Notes: a model not told the origin generated them from the letters alone. A stretch of DNA of 64,000 bases from an uncultured Nitrospiraceae bacterium (GCA_963730935.1 CAVSTP010000002.1:768001-832000), one strand, 5' to 3'; positions 1 to 10,419 are shown, counted from the first letter of the stretch. Made by a program: numbers and translations.

Positions 1-108
1 GCGCCATTATACAGAGATTGCCCATGGGATTTACAGGGGCGTTGCCCTTGCCCTCGTGCCAGGGACGTGCTACCACGCTGCGAGCATAGGGATTCAGGGG
101 CCAAGGTC

Positions 109-579
109 ATGACGCCACAGCCGTGGATGGATCCTGCCGTGGTGCAGTGGATACAGCAGGTGCTCGACAGCTATCGACATTGGATCGGAAGGGAGCTGAT
201 CGAGCGATATGGCGAGCCGGAGTTTCAAGCTCGTGCCTTGTTTGAGTCGCCGCTGGTCGTGGTGTCGCACGGGACGGAAGCCGATCCCATCCTCAACTAC
301 GGCAACCAGACGGCGTTGGACCTGTGGGAAATGACCTGGGAACAGCTGATCAAAACGCCATCGCGGCTCACAGCGGAGCCGGTCAATCGCGCCGAACGCG
401 AGTGGATGCTAGAACAGGCCCGAACACGCGGCTTCATCGATACCTATCGAGGGGTCAGAATCTCAGGGACCGGCCGCCGGTTTCTCGTCGAGAATGCGCT
501 CATCTGGAATGTGCTCGGTGCCGGCCATGAGCGGATCGGCCAGGCCGCGACCTTCTCGCGCTGGACCTGGCTGCCGTAG
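109..579 (+). CDS. Stand-alone MEKHLA (PAS-like) domain protein
   Basis: Motifs VVSHGTEADPILNYGN, LWEMTW, PSRLTAEP and YRGVRISGTGRRF match MEKHLA; ATG109 chosen over GTG67. Confidence 0.85.
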   Translation: MTPQPWMDPAVVQWIQQVLDSYRHWIGRELIERYGEPEFQARALFESPLVVVSHGTEADPILNYGNQTALDLWEMTWEQLIKTPSRLTAEPVNRAEREWMLEQARTRGFIDTYRGVRISGTGRRFLVENALIWNVLGAGHERIGQAATFSRWTWLP

Positions 580-610
580 CCGACGCCCTTTGCACAAGAC
601 ATCGCTCGTG

Positions 611-820
611 CTAGTCCGTCAGACGACGGAACCGCGGCTGGGGACGGCCGTCGATCATCACCGTGTCGAGGAACAAGGCGCGAGGCCGGATCCACAGGCC
701 CCTCTCACCATACAACGCCCGATAGACGACGAATGGCTCTTCCGTCTCCGAATGTCGTGCTTCTCCGACGACCTCGTAGTCGTTCCCCTTATAGTGCCGA
801 TAGCGGCCTGGTTCGATCAT
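611..820 (-). CDS. DUF1653 family protein
   Basis: GRYRHYKG..Y.V...ARHSET.E..VVYRALYG...LWIRP...F signature. Confidence 0.9.
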   Translation of the reverse strand: MIEPGRYRHYKGNDYEVVGEARHSETEEPFVVYRALYGERGLWIRPRALFLDTVMIDGRPQPRFRRLTD

Positions 821-870
821 CGTGTATCCTGTCGGTGGCCCCTATATATATGAGAAGCGCAGGAAAGAAA

Positions 871-1554
871 ATGCCGGGGTCGCCGTCCCTTGCCGTTCTG
901 ATGGCAGGCCTGCTCCTGTTGAGCCTCTCTTGCCAGGAACAAACGTGGGAATCGGTCATGGCTGCTGGGCAGCAAGCGGTGCAGCAGGGCAACTACGCCG
1001 AGGCCGAACGTATCTACCAGGTTGCGGTCAAGAAGGCCGAGAGGTACGGCCGTGAAGACCTCCGGGTTGCCGTCACTTTGTCGCAATTGGCGCAGGTCTA
1101 TGCCGGACAAGGTAAGCATGTTGAGGCGGAGCCCTTGTATCTGCAGGCGCTGAAGATCTATCAATCCGTGCATGGAGAGACGCACGCTGATGTAGCGGCG
1201 ACCCTGAACAATCTCGGCGTCCTCCATCGCATGTACGGGCAGTATGCGGAAGCCGAGCCGCTGCTGGTGCGAGCGCTGGCCATCAAGGAGCAACTATTGG
1301 GAAGCGACCATCCCGACGTCGCCTTGAGCGCTGCGAATCTCGGACAGTTGTACGTTGCGCAAGGACAGCCCGCGAAGGCCGAGCCCTTCTATCGCCGAGC
1401 GCTCTCGATCCGGCAAAAGACGTTGGGATCGTCGCATCCAGAGGTGGCCAAGACACTCGAGGACCTGGCCAACGTGCTGCGCAAGCTCGGCCGAAGTGGC
1501 GAGGCGGTCGCGCTCGATCTGCAGGCTCGCGAGATCCGCGCCAAGCGGAGTTGA
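871..1554 (+). CDS. Tetratricopeptide repeat (lipo)protein
   Basis: Hydrophobic N-terminus ending LSLSC; repeated HPDVA..LNNL..LY..QG.YAEAEPL units; start could be 850 or 871. Confidence 0.85.
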   Translation: MPGSPSLAVLMAGLLLLSLSCQEQTWESVMAAGQQAVQQGNYAEAERIYQVAVKKAERYGREDLRVAVTLSQLAQVYAGQGKHVEAEPLYLQALKIYQSVHGETHADVAATLNNLGVLHRMYGQYAEAEPLLVRALAIKEQLLGSDHPDVALSAANLGQLYVAQGQPAKAEPFYRRALSIRQKTLGSSHPEVAKTLEDLANVLRKLGRSGEAVALDLQAREIRAKRS

Positions 1555-1585
1555 ACCTGCCACGTCTCTCGTTGTAGCGTAGTCC

Positions 1586-1828
1586 ATGATGAAAGACGAT
1601 CAGCCGGCTCCCACCAATTGGCGCATGAACGCAATGGTGGCCCGCGTTGTCGGCATTGTGTCCATCGCCCTCGGATTCATTCTGGGGATGTACGGCCTTG
1701 ATGAGCAGGGATCCCGATGGCTGCAGACGGCGTTGGGATTGCTCGTCACGGGCATGCTGGCACAGGGCTACGCGCTGTATTGTTCCGTCAAGCGGATGCA
1801 GCAACTTCACGATCAATCGAAGACATGA
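1586..1828 (+). CDS. Small two-TM membrane protein
   Basis: Two hydrophobic helices; ATGA overlap with the next gene. Confidence 0.65.
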   Translation: MMKDDQPAPTNWRMNAMVARVVGIVSIALGFILGMYGLDEQGSRWLQTALGLLVTGMLAQGYALYCSVKRMQQLHDQSKT

Positions 1829-2256
1829 AGCTTGCCCGCAGAACGCTCGCATTCCGCGCATGGTTCCTCCTGTTGGTCCTCGCCTTTCTGGCCGCTTGCG
1901 GCGGTCCCTGGCGGGACGGATATTTCAAAAAAGGCGTGGACCGGCTGACGCAGGAGGAAGTCTCCGAGAAGATGGGCCCGCCCCACACGGCCAAGACTCC
2001 TGCGCTCGGCGGCGACACCATTTGGACCTACCGCGTGCCATACAGCGACAAGGACCTGAATCCGATGGACCTGTCAGGCATTACCAATGCGGCAAACGAG
2101 GCAGCGTCGTTAATCGGAAAGGGACCGCAGGAAGGCCCCAAGCCGACCTTGTACTGCTACCGCTATACCTTGACCTTCGATGAGCAAAAAGTGCTCAAAA
2201 GCTGGAAACGAGAGGAGTGCGTTCCGGGCACACGAAATGCCTTGCATACCGACTAG
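1825..2256 (+). CDS. Lipoprotein, SmpA/BamE-like fold
   Basis: Lipobox LAAC; T.EEV...MGPP and W.Y...LTFD motifs; coupled start at ATG1825. Confidence 0.7.
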   Translation: MKLARRTLAFRAWFLLLVLAFLAACGGPWRDGYFKKGVDRLTQEEVSEKMGPPHTAKTPALGGDTIWTYRVPYSDKDLNPMDLSGITNAANEAASLIGKGPQEGPKPTLYCYRYTLTFDEQKVLKSWKREECVPGTRNALHTD

Positions 2257-2280
2257 GCGAGCAGCGTGGCCGCTCCATCC

Positions 2281-3099
2281 ATGATCACATGGCTTCCGCA
2301 GATCGATAGCTCCATCGTTCTTGACAGCCTCAAGTCCCTTCTACTACTGCTCTCCGTCCTGATCGCTCGGACCCTCACCGTCCGCTCCATCTCCAGAAAT
2401 TCCGCGCTCACGATGGAAGCCAAGCGTCGGTGGGTGGTGACCGTACGCAACTCGATGGTCTTCGTGTTCCTGCTTGGTCTGGTCGTCATATGGGCGCATG
2501 AGCTGCAGGCCTTTGCCGTCTCCCTGGTTGCTCTCGCGGCGGCGCTGGTCTTAGCGACCAAGGAACTGCTCCTGTGCTGGAGCGGAGCCGCGTTGCGCGT
2601 TGGCGGCAAGGTGTACTCGGTGGGAGACCGGATCCAAGTCGCTGGCCATCGCGGCGTGGTGTTGGACCATGATATTTTTGCGACAAAACTATTGGAGATC
2701 GGCCCGGGACAGTCGTCGCACCTGTATACCGGGCGCGTAACGGTGTTCCCCAATAGCCTGCTGTTCACCAATCCGCTGATCAAAGAAAATCCCAACCAGG
2801 AGTACGGTCTGTACACGCTCACGGTTCCGCTGCCGGCCGAGAAGGACTGGAAGGTGGCCGAGACGCGGCTGCTCGAATCGGCCAAGGCTGAATGCGCGCC
2901 GTTTATGCAGGAAGCCAGCCGGCAGATGAAGCTGCTCGAGCAACAGAATCTACTGGAGGCTCCTTCGCCGGAGCCTCGTATTACCATTCAATTGTCGGAC
3001 ACCGGCCGGATTGTGCTGGTGTTACGCTTTCCGGCTCCCGACCGGGGCCGCTCCCGCATCGAACAGGCAATCCTCCGGCGGTATCTGGGGTCAGTCTGA
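2281..3099 (+). CDS. MscS family mechanosensitive channel
   Basis: Three N-terminal TM helices; YSVGDRIQV..G.V and V.FPNS motifs. Confidence 0.9.
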   Translation: MITWLPQIDSSIVLDSLKSLLLLLSVLIARTLTVRSISRNSALTMEAKRRWVVTVRNSMVFVFLLGLVVIWAHELQAFAVSLVALAAALVLATKELLLCWSGAALRVGGKVYSVGDRIQVAGHRGVVLDHDIFATKLLEIGPGQSSHLYTGRVTVFPNSLLFTNPLIKENPNQEYGLYTLTVPLPAEKDWKVAETRLLESAKAECAPFMQEASRQMKLLEQQNLLEAPSPEPRITIQLSDTGRIVLVLRFPAPDRGRSRIEQAILRRYLGSV

Positions 3100-3283
3100 C
3101 TCCTCTCGATGGCGTATCTCTTGACAGGGTATGGTCCTCATGCGACGCTGGGCGCCCTGACGTCGCCGGAAACTTTCAGCCCATCATCATGCACGATAGC
3201 CTAGGCTTTTCGACAGATCACCGTCCATGAACAGCCTCGGGTCCAACCTTCAGTCAGCCGGCCTGGTCCCGTCGAACAAGACG

Positions 3284-4060
3284 ATGAAAATCGCCACCTA
3301 TAACGTCAACTCGCTTCGTAAGCGACTTCCCATCGTCATCGAGTGGCTGGACAAACAGAAGCCGGACATTCTCTGCCTTCAAGAAACGAAGGTGCAGGAC
3401 AGCGAGTTCCCGCTCATGGCGTTAATCCCCTCAGGTTATGAAATCGGCTTCCGAGGGATGAAGAGCTACAATGGTGTGGCCATCCTCACTCGAACCAAAC
3501 CGGAGTCCGTGCGGGCCGGGTTGGACGACGGCGGTGAACCGGACGAGCCGAGACTGCTCCACGTCGTGGTCGGCGGGATCACCATTCTCAACACCTACAT
3601 TCCGCAGGGATTCGAGATCGATTCGCCAAAATATGTGTACAAGCTCGAGTGGTACAAGCGGCTCCGAGCCTACTTCGAGAAGCACCTCTCACCGACGCTG
3701 CCTGCAATTTGGTGTGGGGACATGAATGTGGCACCGAGGGCGATGGACGTCCATAGTCCAGAAAAACATCTCACGCACGTGTGCTATCACGAGGCCGCGC
3801 GAAAGGCCTATGAAGCGACGGTATCGTGGGGATTTCACGACGTCTTCGTGCGGATGTATCCGGAGCGGCAGCAGTTTACGTTTTGGGATTATCGCGCGCC
3901 GAGTTCGTTGGAGGCGAATAAAGGCTGGCGCATCGACCATATCCTGGCGACGGCCCCTCTGGCGGAAAAATGTCTGCGGGTTGAGGTTGATGTTGAGCCC
4001 CGGCGGTCCAAGGACCCCTCCGATCACACCTTTCTCTGGGCGGAATTCAACATTAGCTGA
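3284..4060 (+). CDS. xth: Exodeoxyribonuclease III
   Basis: TYNVNS, LQETK, YNGVA, GDMN, WRIDH and SDH motifs. Confidence 0.95.
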   Translation: MKIATYNVNSLRKRLPIVIEWLDKQKPDILCLQETKVQDSEFPLMALIPSGYEIGFRGMKSYNGVAILTRTKPESVRAGLDDGGEPDEPRLLHVVVGGITILNTYIPQGFEIDSPKYVYKLEWYKRLRAYFEKHLSPTLPAIWCGDMNVAPRAMDVHSPEKHLTHVCYHEAARKAYEATVSWGFHDVFVRMYPERQQFTFWDYRAPSSLEANKGWRIDHILATAPLAEKCLRVEVDVEPRRSKDPSDHTFLWAEFNIS

Positions 4061-4366
4061 GCAAGGCGAGATCGCGGTTGACCAATCGCTTGCATCCCGG
4101 GTGCACGAGCAAGGGGCCGGTGTGGTCGATCCATCGGCTGAGGTGCCTGGCGAGTGACGACGTGAAACCGTTTGTGGGCTGTTAGGAGCATCTAAAAATA
4201 TCACTCAATGAGGCCAGAGGCAGATGTCGAGCTCTGGAGGGCGGGAAGCTCACCGGCTCAGTGGAACCATCGGCGTCACTTCCCGATCATCCGCGAGCGC
4301 GACATCTACGTCTGTCCTATCCGGCGAAGCGCAAGTCGTTCACTTCGGCCGGACGAGGGCACATGC

Positions 4367-4537
4367 TTATGCCGCACGGAGCGTGGGGGGCGTCGAGCGT
4401 ATTCGTACAAGACGGTTTTGTTCGATCAATGGGTCTAGCACCAGCCCGCAGTTGATGCACCGCAAAACGGTTCCGCCGGTAGAATATTCCGGTCGCGATT
4501 CCGCAATCATCAAGCCTTTGCATTTTCTACAGGTCAT
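4367..4537 (-). CDS. Small zinc-ribbon protein (CxxCxG...CxxCG)
   Basis: MTCRKCKGLM...RCINCG.VLDP.I..NR; SD AGGAGG upstream of ATG4537. Confidence 0.8.
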   Translation of the reverse strand: MTCRKCKGLMIAESRPEYSTGGTVLRCINCGLVLDPLIEQNRLVRIRSTPPTLRAA

Positions 4538-4595
4538 GTCCCCACCTCCTGATGAATTCTTTTGTCCATACGACCGCGAATGTAGCAATGGAAGA

Positions 4596-4621
4596 TTAAC
4601 GGGGAGTTAACGGTCAGTTAA
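4596..4621 (-). promoter_or_regulatory. Three TTAA-core direct repeats at 11-bp period (OmpR/PhoB-type box candidate)
   Basis: Minus strand reads TTAACTGAccg TTAACTCCccg TTAATCTT, upstream of the 4537 gene. Confidence 0.45.
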
Positions 4622-4756
4622 AAATCTCTAATGTGAAACCCCGAGTCCATTAGTAGCCGTATGAGACGCAGGCTTGGTTTCAAGCGGTCTAAGCCATGGA
4701 AACTTTAGCGAGTTTTGCCCGTTCCCGACTGGTTGGCCGTACAGACTCTCGACCGC

Positions 4757-5398
4757 TCAGGCAGGGTGGGCGAAATGTTGACGGAACCATTTCAAGGCCT
4801 CCTCGGCCACTTGCTCGAGCGTCCCCGGTTCTTCAAACAAATGCGTCGCACCCGGAATGATCATCAGTTGCTTTGGGCCTCTGAGAAGCGGGTAGGCATG
4901 CTGATTCATCTCGATCACGGGGTGATCTTCGCTGCCGACCAGGAGCAGGGTCGGGGCGATCACCTGAGGCAGGAAACGTTCGGCGAGGTCAGGCCGCCCT
5001 CCGCGCGACACAATGGCTCCCACCTCAAAAGAAGCTTGTGCAGCGGCTTGGAGAGCGGCGGCCGCTCCGGTGCTGGCACCGAAGTAGCCCAATGGCAGTT
5101 CCTTGGTACGAGAGTCTTCTCGAAGCCAGGCGCTCGCCATCATCACACGATCGGATAAGAGATCAATGTCGAAGACGTTGCGCCGATCCTCCGCCTCATG
5201 CGTCATTAACAGATCGATCAGGAGTGTGGCGATCCCTCCCTGCTGAAGCTGACGAGCCACAAAGCGGTTACGTGGGCTGAATCGACCGCTCCCGCTCCCA
5301 TGCGCAAATAGAACGATGCCGGCGGGTGTGGACGGGATCTCGAGGAACCCGCCGAGGTCCGTGTGGTCATCCCTAATCGTGACTGGCTCCTCGACCAT
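4757..5398 (-). CDS. Dienelactone hydrolase-like alpha/beta hydrolase
   Basis: FAHGSGSGRFSPRN, GYFGASTG, SRGGRPDLA, GATHLFEEPG. Confidence 0.9.
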   Translation of the reverse strand: MVEEPVTIRDDHTDLGGFLEIPSTPAGIVLFAHGSGSGRFSPRNRFVARQLQQGGIATLLIDLLMTHEAEDRRNVFDIDLLSDRVMMASAWLREDSRTKELPLGYFGASTGAAAALQAAAQASFEVGAIVSRGGRPDLAERFLPQVIAPTLLLVGSEDHPVIEMNQHAYPLLRGPKQLMIIPGATHLFEEPGTLEQVAEEALKWFRQHFAHPA

Positions 5399-5815
5399 GC
5401 CGTTCCTCCGCGATGACGATATGCTTCACAGGAACATTTTGGCGCTTCTGTGATTCAATGAGAACAGGGGAAAAGGGAAGATCCATGCCTGCTCGATGCT
5501 CATTTCCCGTAGGCGGTAAGCTGACAAGTCCCCCGATCGAATTTCGGTCTTGTACTACCCCTTTGCCGCTTGCTATCCTCCCCGCTCCCGTACTACGGAA
5601 ACAGTACCAATAATTGCGCACCGGTATTCGGAGTCGTGCAAGGTCCATCGGCCCACCGCTCTGGTTCCTCCTGGCTCGCTTCCGGACCACGGTTTTTTCG
5701 TGAAGTCTCGAACGTAATAGGACTTCTCGTCCAAGATTCCTTTTGATAGGCGCCCAGCAATCACCTCCATCCTAATTCGACCACGTAAACCCACGAACAA
5801 GAATCGGGCAAACAC

Positions 5816-7540
5816 GTGAACACCAACCTGCCCACAAGAGCACACAGAAGAGGAGTTTCTTCCATCTCGGTGCCCGTCGTGTTGGTTCTCTGCTTTGTGA
5901 CGGCGGTCGCGTTGGATCTGTACGCACTGGTGTTTCTGCGCGCACTGCTCGTGAACGACAGGGGCGGTGATCTCGCAAGCACGGCCGTCAAGGGTGCTCA
6001 CACGCTCGATCGGGTATTGTTTGAGCGGTACGAGGACATCAGAGTGTTCGCGACCGACCGGACTCTCTTGGAAGGTGAGGAGGCTGAGAAGACCAGAAGA
6101 TTGCGGCAATATCAACAGCTCTACGGCTATTACTCCTGGATCGGCACTACCGATGCGGCCGGCCACATGACGGCGGCCACGGAATCGAATGGCCACTCGC
6201 CCGCTGGTAGGTCTCGCCCCCTGGCGTCGTTTGAAACCGTCAAACAGACGCGGCGTGTTCACTTGGAGGTGGCCAGCGGGTCAGATGAGACCGGTCCGGA
6301 GGTGATCTTTTCCGCACCTCTTGATGACCCAGGGGGAGAATTTCGCGGGGCTGTGATCAGCCGTATGCCGCTGGAGCAGTTTCGAGCCATCCTCGATGAG
6401 GAAGGTGAAGTGCAGGAGGAAAAGGACGCAATCGATTGGATTTTGCTCGATCGTGAAGGCGTCATACTTCTCCAAAAAAGTCAGCCGATCGGCGTCCCGC
6501 CCTCTGTTAGAGCCCAGTCTGTCTCCTTTAAACGGGCTGCGGAAGGCCCTGAGAGAAACGGTTTTGTGGAGGAATTGCGCGAACAGGATGGAAGTCCTGT
6601 CGTGACCGGATTTGCGCGGACCAGAGGGTACAGAGACTTTTCCGGATTCGGATGGGTGGTGCTGGTTCAGCTGGATCGTGCCTCGGCGTATGCGCCGATC
6701 AACAAGCTGGTCTGGATGGTCGGTCTCATCGGGCTATTAGTGGTCGCACCCCTCACCGGGTTCGGTCTGTTCGCGTCGCGGAAACTGGTGCGTGAACGCC
6801 AGGATCTGCTTCTCGCGCGTCAGAAATTGGAACAATCGCTCGCGGAGTTGGCGCGTTCAAACTCAGATTTGCAGCAGTTCGCTTATGTCGCGTCTCATGA
6901 CCTGCAGGAACCGTTGCGCATGGTAGCCAGTTACACACAACTGTTGGCGAAGCGCTATAAAGGGAAACTCGACAAAGACGCCGATGAATTTGTTGCGTTT
7001 GCCGTGAACGGCGCCAATCGCATGCAGGCGCTCATTCAGGATCTCCTCGCCTTTGCGCGGGTCGATACGCAGGGCCAGCACTTTGAACCGACCTCTCTCG
7101 AGGCACTCTTAGGCTATGCGCTCGACAACCTCAAAGGCGGAATCGAAGAAAGTGGCGCGGTCCTCACCCATGATCCTCTGCCCACCGTCATGGCCGATGA
7201 ACGCCAGGTCTTACACCTGCTCCAAAATCTCTTGAGCAATGCCATCAAGTTCCGGAAACAGGATCCTCCGCTCGTCCACATCTCCGCCGAAAAACGCGAC
7301 CGAGAATGGCTGTTCTCGGTTCGTGACAACGGCATCGGCATCGATCCGCAGTACGCCGAACGCATCTTTGTCATTTTCCAGCGTTTGCATACGAATGCCG
7401 AATATCCGGGAACCGGCATCGGTCTGTCGATCTGCAAAAAGATTGTGGAACGTCACGGCGGGCGCATTTGGATGGAATCTCAGCTAGGCCAAGGCGCAAC
7501 CTTTTTGTTCACGTTGCCCGTCAGAGACATGCCGTCGTAA
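5816..7540 (+). CDS. Membrane sensor histidine kinase (Cache-like sensor, Cph1-type HisKA/HATPase)
   Basis: Two TM helices flank an extracytoplasmic domain; H-box ASHDLQEPLR, NLLSNAIKF, DNGIGI, GTGIGL. Confidence 0.92.
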   Translation: MNTNLPTRAHRRGVSSISVPVVLVLCFVTAVALDLYALVFLRALLVNDRGGDLASTAVKGAHTLDRVLFERYEDIRVFATDRTLLEGEEAEKTRRLRQYQQLYGYYSWIGTTDAAGHMTAATESNGHSPAGRSRPLASFETVKQTRRVHLEVASGSDETGPEVIFSAPLDDPGGEFRGAVISRMPLEQFRAILDEEGEVQEEKDAIDWILLDREGVILLQKSQPIGVPPSVRAQSVSFKRAAEGPERNGFVEELREQDGSPVVTGFARTRGYRDFSGFGWVVLVQLDRASAYAPINKLVWMVGLIGLLVVAPLTGFGLFASRKLVRERQDLLLARQKLEQSLAELARSNSDLQQFAYVASHDLQEPLRMVASYTQLLAKRYKGKLDKDADEFVAFAVNGANRMQALIQDLLAFARVDTQGQHFEPTSLEALLGYALDNLKGGIEESGAVLTHDPLPTVMADERQVLHLLQNLLSNAIKFRKQDPPLVHISAEKRDREWLFSVRDNGIGIDPQYAERIFVIFQRLHTNAEYPGTGIGLSICKKIVERHGGRIWMESQLGQGATFLFTLPVRDMPS

Positions 7541-7626
7541 GCCATAGGAGCATCAATTAGCGAGTGTCGTGAATGAACAAACCCGAGTGAATCCTGCACC
7601 ACTACCACCCTGGAAGGAGGACATCG

Positions 7627-8094
7627 ATGTCGGCAGCTGAAGCGATGAGACCAGTCGAGATCTTGTTGGTAGAAGATAACCCAGGCGATGTACGCCTGAC
7701 GAAGGAGGCGTTGAAGGAAGCGAAGGTCATCAACAACCTGACCGTGCTCAAGGATGGGGTTGAAGCTCTGGCATTCCTACGCCAGCAGGGATCCTACGGC
7801 GGTGCTGTCATCCCTCACCTGATCCTGCTGGACTTGAACCTTCCGAAGAAGGACGGCCGTGAAGTCCTGGCTGAAATCAAAGCTGACGAGAAACTGAAGC
7901 GCATTCCGGTCGTCGTGTTGACCACCTCGCAGGATGAACAAGACGTGTTTAAGAGCTATAACCTGCACGCCAACTGTTATGTGACCAAGCCGGTGGATTT
8001 GGAGCAGTTCATGACCGTCGTCAAATCGATCGAAGATTTCTGGTTGGGAATTGTGATGCTGCCGAAGAACGGAACCGTCCGCCGGCAGGGATGA
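7627..8094 (+). CDS. Single-domain response regulator (Rcp1-like)
   Basis: [28 protein letters not shown]. Confidence 0.93.
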   Translation: MSAAEAMRPVEILLVEDNPGDVRLTKEALKEAKVINNLTVLKDGVEALAFLRQQGSYGGAVIPHLILLDLNLPKKDGREVLAEIKADEKLKRIPVVVLTTSQDEQDVFKSYNLHANCYVTKPVDLEQFMTVVKSIEDFWLGIVMLPKNGTVRRQG

Positions 8095-8100
8095 GGCGCC

Positions 8101-9552
8101 ATGCGCATCTTGATGGTTGAAGATAGTCCCGGCGACGTCAGGCTGCTGCGAGAGCATCTGGCGGGAAATCATAGCGTCGGCGAGGTGTTCCACGTGGTGC
8201 ATGTCGAACGACTCGCGCTCGCCTTGCAGTCTCTGGACGAGGGCGCGTTTGAGGTCGTGCTGCTCGACCTTTCGCTGCCGGACAGCCAGGGTATCGGCAC
8301 GCTGACCAAAATGCACGCGGCCAGGCCGGGCATGCCGATCGTCGTCCTGACAAGCCTTGATGACGAGACCTTGGGCCTGCAGTTGCTCCAGCGTGGTGCG
8401 CAGGATTACCTGGTCAAGGGAGAGATGACGGCTTCACTCCTGCGGCGTTCGCTCCGTTACGCCGTCGAGCGCAAGCGGGCGGAGGTTGAATTACGAACGA
8501 GCGAAGTCTTTCTCGAATCCATTGTGGAAAATATCCCGCACATGATTTTTGTGAAGGATGCCAGTGAATTGAGGTTCGTGCGATTCAACAAGGCCGGAGA
8601 AGAGCTGCTTGGGAACACGCGCCAGAACCTGATCGGAAAGTCCGACTACGAGTTGTTTCGGAAAGAGGAGGCAGATTTCTTCACGGGCGCTGATCGGGAT
8701 GTGTTCAGGAGCCGCAAGGTGCTTGATATCCCGGAAGAGCCCATCCTCACCAAGGGAAAAGGCCTGCGGTGCCTTCATACGAAAAAAATTCCAATTCTCG
8801 ACGAAAACGACCAACCGCTTTACTTGCTTGGAATCTCAGAAGACATCACTGAACGCAAGCGCGCGGAGAACCAGTTGCAACGGTCATTTGAACTCCTCCG
8901 AACACTCTCTCAAAGGCTGGATGTGGTGCGGGAGCAAGAGCGAACCCGGATTGCCAGGGAGTTGCACGATGAGCTGGGGGTCCGCATGACCTGCATGAAA
9001 ATGGACCTGTCCAGACTGCTGGCCATGATGCGAGAGTCGCTCTTCCCTCGAGAAAAAATGGAGGAGAAAATCCGCGCGATGAACGCAGAAGTCGATACCA
9101 CGATCGCCGAAGTGCAACGGCTGGCGGCGGAGCTGAGGCCCGGAGTGTTGGATGATCTTGGCCTGGTGGCGGCCATTGAATGGCAGTGCCAGGATTTTGA
9201 ACGACGGAGCGGCATACGCTGTCTCTGCGAAGCGTCGTTCGATGAAATCAAGATCAGCCCCTCGCGTGCCACGGCGGCGTTCCGGATTTGCCAGGAGGCC
9301 CTCGTCAATGTAGCACGCCACGCCAAGGCGACGTTTGTCCGAGTGCTGGTGAAGGAGAGCGGCGACGATGTATTGATCGAAATACAGGACAACGGTCAAG
9401 GCATTCCAGCCGAAAAGCTCTACGATGCGGCGTCATTGGGTCTCCTGGGCATGAAGGAGCGTTCAATGGCTATCGGCGGCAGGCTCGAAATCGCCGGCTG
9501 GCCTGGGAAGGGCACGACCGTGACGTTGCGATTACGATGTCAGGATGCGTGA
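8101..9552 (+). CDS. Hybrid REC-PAS-HisKA_3 sensor kinase
   Basis: N-terminal receiver domain, PAS, ERTRIARELHDELG, QEAL.NV.RHA, DNG.G. Confidence 0.92.
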   Translation: MRILMVEDSPGDVRLLREHLAGNHSVGEVFHVVHVERLALALQSLDEGAFEVVLLDLSLPDSQGIGTLTKMHAARPGMPIVVLTSLDDETLGLQLLQRGAQDYLVKGEMTASLLRRSLRYAVERKRAEVELRTSEVFLESIVENIPHMIFVKDASELRFVRFNKAGEELLGNTRQNLIGKSDYELFRKEEADFFTGADRDVFRSRKVLDIPEEPILTKGKGLRCLHTKKIPILDENDQPLYLLGISEDITERKRAENQLQRSFELLRTLSQRLDVVREQERTRIARELHDELGVRMTCMKMDLSRLLAMMRESLFPREKMEEKIRAMNAEVDTTIAEVQRLAAELRPGVLDDLGLVAAIEWQCQDFERRSGIRCLCEASFDEIKISPSRATAAFRICQEALVNVARHAKATFVRVLVKESGDDVLIEIQDNGQGIPAEKLYDAASLGLLGMKERSMAIGGRLEIAGWPGKGTTVTLRLRCQDA

Positions 9553-9597
9553 GAGGCTCGAGATTGCGGTTGTCGATGATTGTTGCAGAGGACCAGC

Positions 9598-10227
9598 ATG
9601 CTCAAGATTCTGATCGCGGATGACCATTCCATATTTCGACGCGGCCTGAAGGACTTACTGTGCGATGGTCTGGGAGCCGTCACGGTGGGGGAGTGCGCCA
9701 ACGCCTTTGACCTCCTCCAGTTGGTCAAGCAGAAGAAATGGGACGTTGTCATCTTGGATATTGGCATGCCGGGAACAACAGGGACCGATGCTCTCATTCA
9801 AGTCAAACGTCAACATCCGTCGCTGCCGGTGATCATGCTGAGCATGCATCCCGAGGATCAATACGCCGTGCGCATGTTCAAAGCGGGGGCCAATGCGTAT
9901 CTCACAAAGGCCAGCGCTCCTGAAGAACTCGTGACGGCCATCAAGAAAGTCCTGGCCGGCGGAAACTACGTGAGCCCATCGCTCGGAGAACAACTGGTGC
10001 ATCTGTTTCATCGAGGCGAAGAGCGGCCTCCCCACGAACTGCTTTCAGACCGTGAATTCGAAGTCATGCGTCTTCTCTCCTCAGGGAAGACCGTCTCGCA
10101 AATCGCCGAAAGCATGAATCTCGGCACCACCACCGTGAGTACCTACCGCGCCCGCATTCTGGAGAAATTACACCTCAAGAATAACGCCGAACTGATGCGC
10201 TACGCCGTTCAGCAAGGCATCGGATAG
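9598..10227 (+). CDS. NarL/LuxR (UvrY-like) DNA-binding response regulator
   Basis: ILIADDH receiver plus LSDREFEV...TVSTYRARILEKL HTH. Confidence 0.93.
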   Translation: MLKILIADDHSIFRRGLKDLLCDGLGAVTVGECANAFDLLQLVKQKKWDVVILDIGMPGTTGTDALIQVKRQHPSLPVIMLSMHPEDQYAVRMFKAGANAYLTKASAPEELVTAIKKVLAGGNYVSPSLGEQLVHLFHRGEERPPHELLSDREFEVMRLLSSGKTVSQIAESMNLGTTTVSTYRARILEKLHLKNNAELMRYAVQQGIG

Positions 10228-10419
10228 CCCCTCGCCGTTGTATCCCTCGTGTAGTCCTTCGCCTGTCGTTGGAACGAGGACATCACAATCGTGGTCGCAC
10301 TGATAGTGCGACCCTCAGCGCTCCGCTATAAGTCCCACCCAATGCCTTTGCCGGATAGCGTCGCTATGCCGGTAGCCTATCGAGACCACTGCAGTTGCAG
10401 GAAGAAAGGAACGAGCCGA

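Noticed and set aside
4061..4366. Possible ncRNA or riboswitch in the intergenic gap after xth
   Set aside because: No recognisable RNA family motif or convincing structure by eye; an Rfam search would be needed
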